A DNA stretch of 64,000 nucleotides from Amoebidium appalachense (lineage: Eukaryota; Protista; Ichthyosporea): positions 1,111,861 to 1,175,860 of the forward strand of contig CAVNZM010000018.1 in NCBI GenBank assembly GCA_963693365.1, in the 5' to 3' direction. Positions within the stretch are counted from its first letter, which is position 1; each line of letters begins with the position of its first letter. Position numbers and translations under genes: made by a program. Below the pieces are notes generated by a model, which saw nothing but the letters and a program-made list of their open reading frames with translations, was not told the origin of the DNA and did not search any database. Shown here one piece after another: positions 24,853-55,430 of the stretch.

Positions 24853-25427
24853 TTACTTGCTAGCACCCTCCAGCACCCTCTTGATAATGGCCAGCCCCTC
24901 ATCCAACTCCGCCCGCGTCATCACCAGAGGGGGAGCAAACCGAATAATATGGTCGTGCGTGGGCTTAGCAAGAATCCCTGCATCCTTCAACCGCATGCAA
25001 ATCTCCCACGCACTAACCGGGTGGTTAGGATCGACCACTACAGCGTTAAGCAGACCCTTGCCCCTGACTGTCTGGATGAATGGCAGGTTAAGTGCGCTCA
25101 GTTCACCTCTGAAAATCTGGCCCAGCTTCTCGCTGTTCTCAGCCAGGTTTTCATCTTTGAGGATCTGCAGTGCCTCCATGGCCACCCTGCAGGCCAGGGG
25201 GTTGCCACCGTATGTTGACCCGTGCATGCCTGGCTTAATGTTGTCCATGATGATGATGTCGCAGAGGACGGCAGACACGGGCAGCATGCCTCCGGACAGT
25301 GCCTGCACACAGACTCAATGTTAGCACCATTCAAATAGAGCCCACGATCCCCTTTCTTCCCCCCCCCCCCCCCCCCCCCCCCCGCCCTCGTGGCTAATTA
25401 CACAGCCCACAACACCCGCAAACTCAG

Positions 25428-25459
<32 letters not shown>

Positions 25460-27502
25460 GCCAAATGCCCCAAAATCTACACTCCCATCCACTCACCAAT
25501 CTATCCCCCCCCCCTCCTACCCCCAAAATCTACATGCTCCCATCCATCCACCAATCTATCCCCCCTCCCCCCTTCTACCCCCCCCCCCCCCCCCCCCCCT
25601 TGCCCGACACCACCACCAAACACAGACCACCAACAAGCACGCACCTTCCCCCCCCCCCCCCCCCCGTCTTCGAACCCTCTCCCCCCCCCCCCCCCCCCTC
25701 CCCACACCACCACCAAACACACACACACACAATCGTAAGCACCCACCTTGCCCAGGACGAGGATGTCAGGGCGCACGCCCGAGTGGTCCACACACAACAT
25801 CTTGCCCGTGCGGCACAGCCCCGTCTGGATCTCATCTGCAATGAACAGCACGTTCTTCTCCTTGCACATGCGCGCTGCCTCACTCAGGTAGTTGTCTGCC
25901 GGCACATTCACACCGGCCTCTCCCTGAATGGGCTCGATGTAGAACCCTGCGACATTGGGGTCTTCAAGGGCCTTGGCAAGCGCCGGCAGGTCATTGTAGG
26001 GCACGATTTCAAACCCTGGCCTGAAGAAAGGGAGCGCGGTCAGCAAATGGTTGCTACCTCTAATCACCAACGGTGCTCATCACCGAATCCCATTTGTAGA
26101 GGGGTGTGTGTGTGTGTGTGTGTGTGGCTGGGTGGGTGGCTGGGTGGGTGGGTGGGGGGGGGGGGGGGGGGGGGGGGGGAGGGAAGGAGAAACTGACAGC
26201 AACATTGATTCGAGTGTGCCGCTGTATGTGATGTGTATTCGGGGGAGCGAAAGGGCGGCGGCGGGGGGAAGGGGGGGGGGGGGGGGGGGACATTTCGAGT
26301 ATGTGTGCGTGCATAGACATGTAGGGCAGCAGGAGGAAGGCCCACAGGCGGATGCAGCAGGTTAGGTGTTGGGTGTGTGTCTATGTCTCGTTGGGGGGGG
26401 GGGGGGGGGGGGGATTGGCCGAGGGGGGAGGGGGGGGGGGGGATAAACGCACATGAAGGGGCCAAAGCCCTGGAAGCAAGACGGGTCTGTGGAGGAGGAG
26501 CATGCGGCAAGGGTGCGGCCCCAGAAGTTGCCCTCAGCAAAAATGATCTTGGCACAGTTCTCGGGCACCTTCTTCACGTTGTATGCCCACTTACGGCACA
26601 GCTTGATGGCCGACTCACCACCCTCCACCCCCGTGTTCATGGGCAGAACCTTGTCGTAACCGAAATACTCCGTGATGTACTTGGTGTAAGGGCCCAACAC
26701 GTTGTTGTGGAAGGCACGGGAGGTGAGGGTGAGCTGAGAGCACTGCTCCTGCATGAGCTTGACCAGGCGGGGGTGGCAGTGGCCCTGGTTGACTGCACTG
26801 TAGGCAGACAGGAAGTCGAAGTAGCGCTTGCCCTCCACGTCCCACACAAACACACCCTGTCCACGCTCGAGCACAACGGGGATGGGGTGGTAATTGTGGC
26901 ATCCTGTTCAATGAAAAGTTAGCACGGCAGCTAAAATTGCAGTGGGGACAGGCTGGAGAGAGGCCGGGGGATGGGATGGGCCGGGGGGGGGGGGGGGGGG
27001 GGGGGGGAAAGAGGGGAGGAAGGATGGAGCGGGAGGGAGGGGGGGGGGGGGGGGGGGGGAGAAAGGGGGGTGGGGGGGCGAGAGGGGGGAAAGAGTAGAA
27101 GAGGGCAGGAAAGTTGCAAGCATGTTGGCAAAGCAGAACGACACACACCAACAATGGCAGCAATTGACAACACCGTCAAAATCCCAGTTAGAAAAAGCAA
27201 GAAGAGGGGAGGAGGAAAGGAGTGGGGAGAAGGGGGGAGGGGAGTGTTTGGCATAGGCAGGGAGGAGGGAGGGGGATGGAGGCAGCAAACAGGGAGCAGA
27301 GAGGAGGATGGGGAGGTAGAGGTGGTAGGTTAAGGGTGTTTGGAGAGGATCCGTGCTTCTAATAACAGGACGGGAGGGTGCTGTGACCCGGGGGCGGGGG
27401 GGCGGAGGGGGGCAAACTACCGTGCTTGTCCTCGGTGTCCATGTAGTCCTGGCCCTTGGTCATACCGGCCGTGAGCTCAGCGAGAAGGTTGCTGTTCGTC
27501 AT
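24853..27502 (-). CDS. OAT: Ornithine aminotransferase (class III PLP aminotransferase), 4 coding exons
   Basis: Exons 27502-27421, 26903-26453, 26020-25747, 25302-24853. Motifs [70 protein letters not shown] (PLP Lys), [21 protein letters not shown] probable non-coding first exon ends near 28070 (GTGAG donor). Confidence 0.97.
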
Positions 27503-29976
27503 TTTCCGTTGATGATAGGTTACACAGCTCTGTAAAAGGAGGTGAGAGAAGCAAATGACTGTGGTAGGGAGAAAGATATGATGTCAGAGATAGAAAGTCA
27601 AAGTGGCGAGTGCGCCTGTGTTGTACGTGCGTGTGTTTGTGCATGTGTGCATGTGTGTGTGTGCGTGCGTGTGTGTTGGGGGGGGAGGGTGTGTGTGTGG
27701 TATGTGTGTGTGTGTGTGTGTGTCTTGGAGGGGAGGGTGTGTGTGTGTGTGTGGGTGTGGGTGTGTGTATAGAAGGTGTGTTCAAAGCCGCCGGTGTATG
27801 AAAAAGGGCAACGTCGCCGGTGTATGAAAAAGGGCAACGTGAAGTAAACCACAAAGGCAGAAGAAAGGGAGCAAAGGAGACCGTATGCATAGTGAAATGG
27901 GAGCGAGGCGTGTGTGCATCTGTGTGCGTGTGGGCGTGTGTGTGTTCGTATTTTGTGACAAGTGAAGCGAAGTGAACATCAGATCAAAAGATCCAGCAAG
28001 TGAGGTCCAAAGATCCAGCAAGGGAGGTGCAAGATAGATGCCCGTGTCCACTCAGAAGAGGATTCTCACCAGCCAAAAGTTATAGCACGTTCTAACAGCG
28101 AGGATCTCAAGACACCTTCATAACACACGTTCACAAACACGTTCTCAATGGATGCACACCTTTTTTTCCAGGTAGTAGTTCACTGTTGTACTTATTACGA
28201 GGCGATTCTCAGTTTTTGTGCATCTGACACTGATTATATATTTTTTGAGGCATTCCATATGATGTCATGAGAGGGGCTCTGGTCTATGTGTGACCTGTAG
28301 CCAACCATTGCGCGCAATTAGGCGATTGGTGCTACCAGTGCTTTCCAGACGTTAATTAAGGAGCCGGACAGGTGTGTTAATACATACATTCGGTTATCAG
28401 ATATATTTTAATAAAAACTAGTCGTATATTTTTATAAATATCCAACTAAAGGGAAATGAACCACTTTTTTCTATCATTTCATATTTCTCAGAGTGTTAAC
28501 TCTTGTCAGGCTCTTACCGCTCGGGAGTGTTCCTCGGAGCGTGAAAACTGAGTAAGCCAATCGTTTCATAGGCGCGAGAGCGTGTCTTCACCGGTGTTGA
28601 AGGAGCACTGGGCCGGCGCCCACGTCCCGTTCTCAATTTTTTATGATAACCGTGCCCACACTCCCACGAATGTATCATATGCTCGGTGGTTATTGGACAT
28701 GCACTTTATCTATCTTTGCGTTTCATGGCGATATTTGACTTTCATGTATTCACTTTCAAAGTTACATGATTTTACATGTACATCCTCACGTCAAAGTCGA
28801 TGCCTGCGTACACAATGTTCTTCCTCCGCAGTGGCATATATATGTCTGTCCAATAGCTGCCAGTTTTAAATCCATTACAATTTAATAGAGGCATCCCTAC
28901 TACATATCACGAGTCAGTGTAACCAACCACGCAACCAATGAGCTGCAACAAGATTTATTGATTTGCCATATTTGGCAAGCTATTATATCATTTGTCGTCA
29001 CGTTGCCGGCACAGCGGCGCAATCGTTCCGCAAAACGGCACTCTGCACGCCGATCAACTCTGCATTTCTTCCGAAGAAATGTTTACTGGTAGACACGGCC
29101 AAAAAACAGAGCTCGAGACAGGTTAGTTAGGGCGTAAGTCGGGTAAATAGGCGGTGCAAGCGCCTTATTTTCTCAGTTTTGCCTGGGCTGAAAATGCAGC
29201 AGCTGGAGTTTTATAGGCAACGTTTGGTGAAAGGCGAGTGGTTGCTGCCGATGTGCTCGCCTTTGCAGCGTCGGGCTTCCTGTGACTGTGAGTTGTTATT
29301 TTTTTCTGCGCCGCCTGTAGATAGGGTACCTGGCAGCCTCCCTAATCCCCAACACTTATCAGATATTCATTCATTGGGTGATAACGTGTATAACTTAACT
29401 CGATTTGGCGTGATAACTCATCAAGTTATAGGCTCGAGAGGTGTAACAAGCGGTACAGTATCATGTTGAGCTGTATAGCGGGACCTCGCGTATTTCGACC
29501 GTGTAATTGCTCACATCAGCATAAACATTCGTGGTGTTTTAGAAAACGGGTTATATAACTACGCAAAGGAAGTAATCCCTTAGCGTTTAACTGTAAAAGT
29601 AACAGTGGCACGCTCCTTTCTGTCGGGTTCAACAAACTAGCCTTCTATTCCGGGTTGCAATAACAAAAGAACACACAACTGACAACTGAGCATCTTGACT
29701 GTACGAACCAGCGAGGTGTGATCTCTGGTTTGCCGAGTGGTGTGCCCCTTCCCCCCTCCCCAACCCCAACCCTGCCGCTCTCTCACCCGTTCCGCCCCCT
29801 CAACCTCTCCCCCTTCCGTCATTCTCGTCTTTCTTTCTCTTCCTCCCCGGGCCCCTGCATCTCCCTCTCCCCCCCCCCCCCGTCATTCTCTCCCGCTCTC
29901 CTCTCTCCTTCTCCGTCTCAAACTCCCCCCCCCCCCCCCCCCCTCCTCTTCCCCCCCCCCCCCCCCCCCCCCCCCC

Positions 29977-31013
29977 AGCTCTTGGATTCTCACGGATAGC
30001 ACCGCACTCACACACACAATCAACGCCCTTAACCGTACCACACGCCAACACGAAAATACGCCCGTGTCTGTGTTTGATTTTTCCACACTCTACACCAAGA
30101 TTGACTTGCATGATTTGAAAGCTCGCCTCACTACACTGATTGATGCAATATTTGTCAAAAAAAATGCACGTACGCTCGCAAACCACACATGTTTATTAAG
30201 AAAACCGGCTCCACGTTGTCCTGGGTGGATCGTGTAGATGATGATTCCTAGGATGATTCCTTTGAGCCTAAAGAACACTCTCTGCATCTCTCTAAGGCAC
30301 AGCTTGCGGATTTTCTATGTTTCCTCGTAGATAACATATATATTGTGTTTGGCGATACCCTCTACAAACAGGACATTGGTATCCCCATGGGTACAAACTG
30401 TGCTGTTTTCTTGGCTAATTTCTATCTCTTTACTTATGAGTTGGATTTTGTTCGCAAACTTATTGCACACGACCGCATTGATGTCTTGGTAGATTTTCAG
30501 TTTACTCGCCGCTACATAGATGATTTGATCTCCCTTCATAATCCTCGCGTTCTCTCCCACCTCTATTTAGAAGATTGTGATTTCGGTCTATATCCCAAGA
30601 CCAGCCTTCAACTCAACCCTGCCGGTTCCTCCCCCTCTGTCCCCTACCTCGACTTGCATATCACCTGCACTAATCACGGCATTCACACAACCATCTACAA
30701 CAAGCTCGACACACCCAGGTTCAATACACTAGACATCGTTCGTTTCCCACATCACGACTCATTCATCTCCCGCACTGCAAAATACGGCATCATGACAAGT
30801 CAAATGCATAGCTACCAGCGCAAATGCTCCACACTTGCTGCTTTCACCACATGCACTGCACGACTTTCTAAAACATTGCTTAACAAAGGCTACTCGTTTA
30901 GACTCTTGCACCACAAAATGCACAGCTTTCTCGCCACACACCCGCACATATACCGTGGCGTTCACTCCTCTCACATACTCTCCAACCTCACTAAAAAGAT
31001 CAACACTCCCTAG
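29977..31013 (+). pseudogene. 5'-truncated reverse transcriptase of a Penelope-like element (Naiad/Chlamys-type, RT at C-terminus)
   Basis: Motifs WILTDS, FDFSTLYTKI, GIPMGTNCAVFLANFYL, RRYIDD, YLDL, IYNK, FPHHDS and YGIMTSQ. No endonuclease follows the RT. A frameshift lies in the A8 run at ~30157-30164 and an in-frame TAG (30249) lies within a short GATGATTCCT duplication. It begins directly after a poly-C tract. Confidence 0.88.
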
Positions 31014-31409
31014 TCCCCCACTCTATCCCGATTCCCCCTCCCTCCCCTACCAGCCCCTACACCTCCCCCCCTCCCCCTCCCCCCCCCCCCTCCCTCTCTC
31101 TCTCTCTCCCTCTCCCTCTCCCTCTCCCTCTCCCTCTCTCTCCCTCCCTCTCTCTCTCTCTCTGCCTCCCTCTCTCTCTCTCTTTCGTTCTCTCTCGTTC
31201 TCTCCCTCCCTCTCTCTCTCTCTCCCTCTCCCCCTCTCCCCCCCCTCCCCCTCCCCCCCCCCTCTCTCCCCCCGCTCCTTTTCCCAAACAATTCCCCCCG
31301 CCGTTCTTCTTTCTCAGCCGGCTAAGTTTTTTGGGTTGCCTGGTAAGTTTTGAAATGGAGCTCTCGTCTCTGATCTGTCCACCACAGGGTTTTTTTTTTT
31401 TTTTTTCTC

Positions 31410-31443
<34 letters not shown>

Positions 31444-31732
31444 CCCTTCCCCCCTCCCCCCCCTTTTCCCCCTCCCTCCCCTCCCCTCCCCCCTTTTTTT
31501 TTTTTCTCCTCCCCCTCCCCCCCCCCCCCCCCCCCTTCTCCTCCCCCCCCCCCCTTTTTTTTTTTCTCCCCCTTCTCCCCCGCCTCCCCCCCCCCCTCTC
31601 CCTCCCCTCCCATCGCCCCTTCCCCGGCCTACTCCCCCCCCCTCCCCCCCTCCCCTTCCCCTCCTACCTTCTTTCCCCCCTTCCCCCCCCCCCCCCCCCC
31701 TGGCCAAACCATGTATACACTCTTCTCATCAG

Positions 31733-31880
31733 CAGGTCTCTAACCCACTCTGCAGAACGTTTTACGCATTTCTCCCCTTGGAGAACTTTGTCGTTGGTGC
31801 GTTTTTGTCTGATATCTAACGACTCTGCAGGGTCCCCTGAGACTACTGACACTCTAACATTCCCTCCCCTCTCTTACTTC

Positions 31881-31918
<38 letters not shown>

Positions 31919-32074
31919 TTCCCCTCCTCCTTCCCCTCCCATTTTCTCTGCACACTCAACAGGTCTTAACCAGCTCTGCACATCGTTAGTCACAATCTTC
32001 TCTCATATATGAGAGAATGATCGTATTGGTACGATTTGTCTAATATCTGACGATTCTGCAGCATCCCTAAGACC
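31733..32074 (+). repeat. Two diverged ~110-bp structured direct repeats in the PLE 3' region
   Basis: 31733-31844 and 31960-32074 share CAGGTCT..AACC..CTCTGCA...TTGTCT.ATATCT.ACGA.TCTGCAG..TCCC..AGAC. Confidence 0.75.
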
Positions 32075-32129
32075 CCCCTGCCCCTCCCCCCCCCCTCCCC
32101 CCCCCCCCCCCCCCCCCAGCCACCTCTCT

Positions 32130-32242
<113 letters not shown>

Positions 32243-32280
32243 CTCTCTCCCCCTCTCTCTCTCTCTCTCTCTCCCCCCCT

Positions 32281-32393
<113 letters not shown>

Positions 32394-33044
32394 GGCGCCT
32401 GTTGTTTTGCTTGTCACTTGTTGTTCTGATTGATTACCTGTAATCTTCGCTTATTTATGTGTGTGTGTGTGTGTGTGTGTGTGTTGTGCGGGGTTGCACA
32501 TACCGGTGTCTACTTTTCTTCTTACTGTTTTTCTCTCCACACACTTCATCTGTCCACTTCTGCATACCCCCTTTCACAGCTATAGACACACTTCACACAT
32601 TGCGTTACGCGCACGCATGCACACACCGCTCTGTTGGCGACAGCTCCCTTGGAACCCATGCGGCATGTTGCCCGCCGGCGTAACATAACTCGGACTATCG
32701 GTTTGGCTTTTTTCAAGCCCAAAGCAATGGGTGATACCATATTTCCGGCTGACATCCGGGAGCATAGCTTTCCGTTCGAAGACGATAAAGTTCCGCCCTA
32801 ATAAGCGTGTTACTACCCTGCGGCGTGGGTCAAATCTCATATTTTCCCCTCTGATTGCGAATTCTGCGGCTTCGGGACTTAATTCTTTTCAGCTGGTGTA
32901 GTATGTTAGCCAGGGAAGTATCGACTTAGGTATCGACGGGGGAGCTTCCTAGAAGCCCCGTCTCCTGAGTTCCTATCTATATTTTTCTTGCTTCTGCTTA
33001 CTGCTGCAACTTTAACCCCCGGCCTTTCCCACTGCCCTTGCCTG

Positions 33045-33198
33045 CATAAGCAACCCTGCTCGTCTCTGATCAAGACGGGTGACCTACCCATGTTCAAGTG
33101 AAACAGTATCTGAGTTGGGTTTCGTTAACGAGGTGAATAGGTCGAAACTCGGGTACTGTGGATGACGTGGGACCCCCCTGAGGATGGGCTCTGCTTAT
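33045..33198 (+). ncRNA. Structured RNA motif copy B (candidate permuted hammerhead-like ribozyme)
   Basis: 14-bp helix 33103-33116/33146-33159. GUU 33114-16, GAAA 33144-47, CUGAGGA 33178-84. Covaries with copy A. Confidence 0.7.
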
Positions 33199-34175
33199 TA
33201 TGCATACTCTTTATGTATGGCTTGCATTCTGCATCGTGTTCTCCGTTTGTTCTTGTGTACTTCGTACTTTTTGACGCATTCAAACCCCCCTCCTCCCCCC
33301 GGCCCTCCCAGTGTGTGTTCGGTACTGCACGACATGGTAGTGGTGTTTTTTGTTGCTTGGGATAATCACACGTGCATTCGTATGCCACAGTTTCAACCTC
33401 CTCCTCTTCTCCTCAACCAACCCCTCACTCCCCCTAGCCCCATTCCCATCACCTCCCTTTCCCCCCCACACCTCCCAAGGCCACACGTTTGTAAGAGGTT
33501 TGTGGTATGTGTTTCGAGGTTGGAAGGGGATGTGTGGATGAGTGCCAGCAGAGTCTAGATCGAGAGCTAGGAGTACTTGGGTGCTGGGCTGTGGGGGCCG
33601 CATAGAGGAAAGGGACTCTCTAAGTGATACAGCAAAGACGCAAGGCTCGAAATGCTATGAGCCAAGTTATCCCTACATTTACAACTATTAATCCCCTTAG
33701 CACGCTTGCACATATGTACACACGCACACACACCGTGACACACACACACGTGTACACACGTAACTCAACACACACACTTGTCCACACACTCCACGCACAT
33801 GTGTGCACAAACAAAATAGACCGACGGTATTCATGGACACACAAACACAGGAACTTCAGCAAACTATGCAGTGCCATGCACGATGATGTGTGTGTGTCGC
33901 GGTGTGCATGCTGGTGAAATGGTGCCCTGGGCCCTGCAGAAAGTTCTGAACGTGCGTGTGAGGTGCGCGCACCTCAGGTTTAAATGGAGTTGGAAGGTCG
34001 AACTGGTGCAGCAGGCCACAAAGCAGTTCTTGCTATACATGCCCAGGCGAGCTCTGGGTGAAGGTGGAGAGGGAGGATAGACATATATATGACTAAGGAA
34101 ACCTAGAGAGAGGGGGAGCCCCAAGGGGGGAGGCCCGGGAGGGAAGGAGCTTCGGGGGGGAAGGTGCAACCAGAG

Positions 34176-34218
<43 letters not shown>

Positions 34219-34576
34219 GGATCCGTAGTTACACCATGCTCTGTTTTGCAGGCTCGAGAAATTCCTGTTTATGTAAACACCTTAATGTCGAGCTGAGAAC
34301 CTTTGATATGTTACCTTGAGCTTATTTATCGACGGGTTTCTTCGGCCGAATACTTAAAGCTCCCCTGCACCTTGCACCTGGGCCTTGCATTGCATTCAGG
34401 CAATCGGATGGTTGACTGCACCTATACGTGAACATGTGCACGGTTTGGGCCAAGTGGACATCTGGATATATCTACAGATGTAGATGCCCTATGTTAACGG
34501 TCATTCATTTACTACACGAACATTAGGTAGAACCAAAGCAAAGCAAAGCAGCTACAACTAATGTACTGTGCAAACG

Positions 34577-34610
<34 letters not shown>

Positions 34611-35465
34611 CTCCCTCCCTCCCCCACGGCCATCCTTGAACAGCTGTGCCCAGCGGGCCCCCTGGTTTGCTCAAACCATGAGTTGCGCAAACCACCCTGG
34701 TTAACCAATCAAAACCAAGCCCGTCCGATTCAAATCAAATCTGGCCAGGCGCCTGTGACCGTTATCGCCTGCAAGGTGATCGAACGTCACACGATATCGA
34801 TAGCGCCCGGAAGTGAAATTTCATGAAGTTGGTCACCATACATGCTGCATAAGTATAGTTATAGCGGGATGGAAAGAAGCCTTTAACAGGTCTAATAATA
34901 AGGGTGTGCGATAGTTAAGACATCCCATGTGAGACTAGTAAAGACGTAGGAAGTAAGTACACATAAGGAGAAGCTACTTGGGGTGGACAAGAGGCGAAGA
35001 CCATATCCACGTTATCTTACTCCGTGGCATATTACCAGTGCATAGGGTTGACGTAATCTGTATTTATGCTTTATTGTAGACGCGCAGTGTATGTAGGAGC
35101 TTTAACAGGCTCATAAAGTTGCATCATCTTAGTGCTTCTTGTGGGTCATCCCTGTGGATCTGTTGGGCCTAAACGCTCGTATATAAGGTATGTGTGTGCA
35201 TAAGTGCACGAAAAGACCGTTGTAGCGCAAAATACATTCTAAGGCTTCTCTTTAAAACCATTGTCCTCACTTTGAGTAGTTTGGCATGGTTCGGGAATCG
35301 TGCTGAAAGTTCACGCCACACAAGTTTTGGTCCACGTTGCCAGAGACTGATTTGTGTGCTGTTCAAAGAACTTTTTTGAATTCACAAACTCTCAGCCTGC
35401 CACAGAAAGCGAATAACGTTTTGTATCCACTACACAGAACCCTACCTTAGGATCAGCAAGTTGTG

Positions 35466-55144
<19,679 letters not shown>

Positions 55145-55149
55145 ATATA

Positions 55150-55430
55150 TGCATGAATAGATAGACGGGGGATACGCCTGGATGCGCCAGTGTTTAGGCT
55201 ACTGTATGTGTAGATAGACGGCTGATATGTGTGGATGAGCTGCTACTTACCCTAGACTTTCGAATAGATAGACGGGGAATATAGTTCAACCGGCCAGTAT
55301 TAGTATTTTTGCTGCACCTATGTGTAGATTTACTGGGGATATACATGGCTTGGTAATTATCTAGACTTTTGAATAGGTAGATGAGGGATTAGCGTGGATG
55401 AACCAGTATTTATGCTACGCCTATGTGTAG
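55150..55430 (+). repeat. Diverged ~110-bp tandem repeat x~3 downstream of the coiled-coil gene stop
   Basis: Recurring GAATAGATAGACGGGG...CCAGT.TT...TATGTGTAGA and CTAGACTTT.GAATAG. Confidence 0.7.

Noticed and set aside
33098-33165. SECIS-like reading (GUGAA-14-bp helix-GGAU), tempting because some Naiads encode selenoproteins
   Set aside because: No apical AA motif, the geometry is not kept in copy A, and the visible RT has no in-frame UGA (its stop is TAG). It cannot be fully excluded for the missing 5' part.
33300-34710. Possible small minus-strand gene upstream of the coiled-coil gene
   Set aside because: No consistent spliced ORF or recognisable product.
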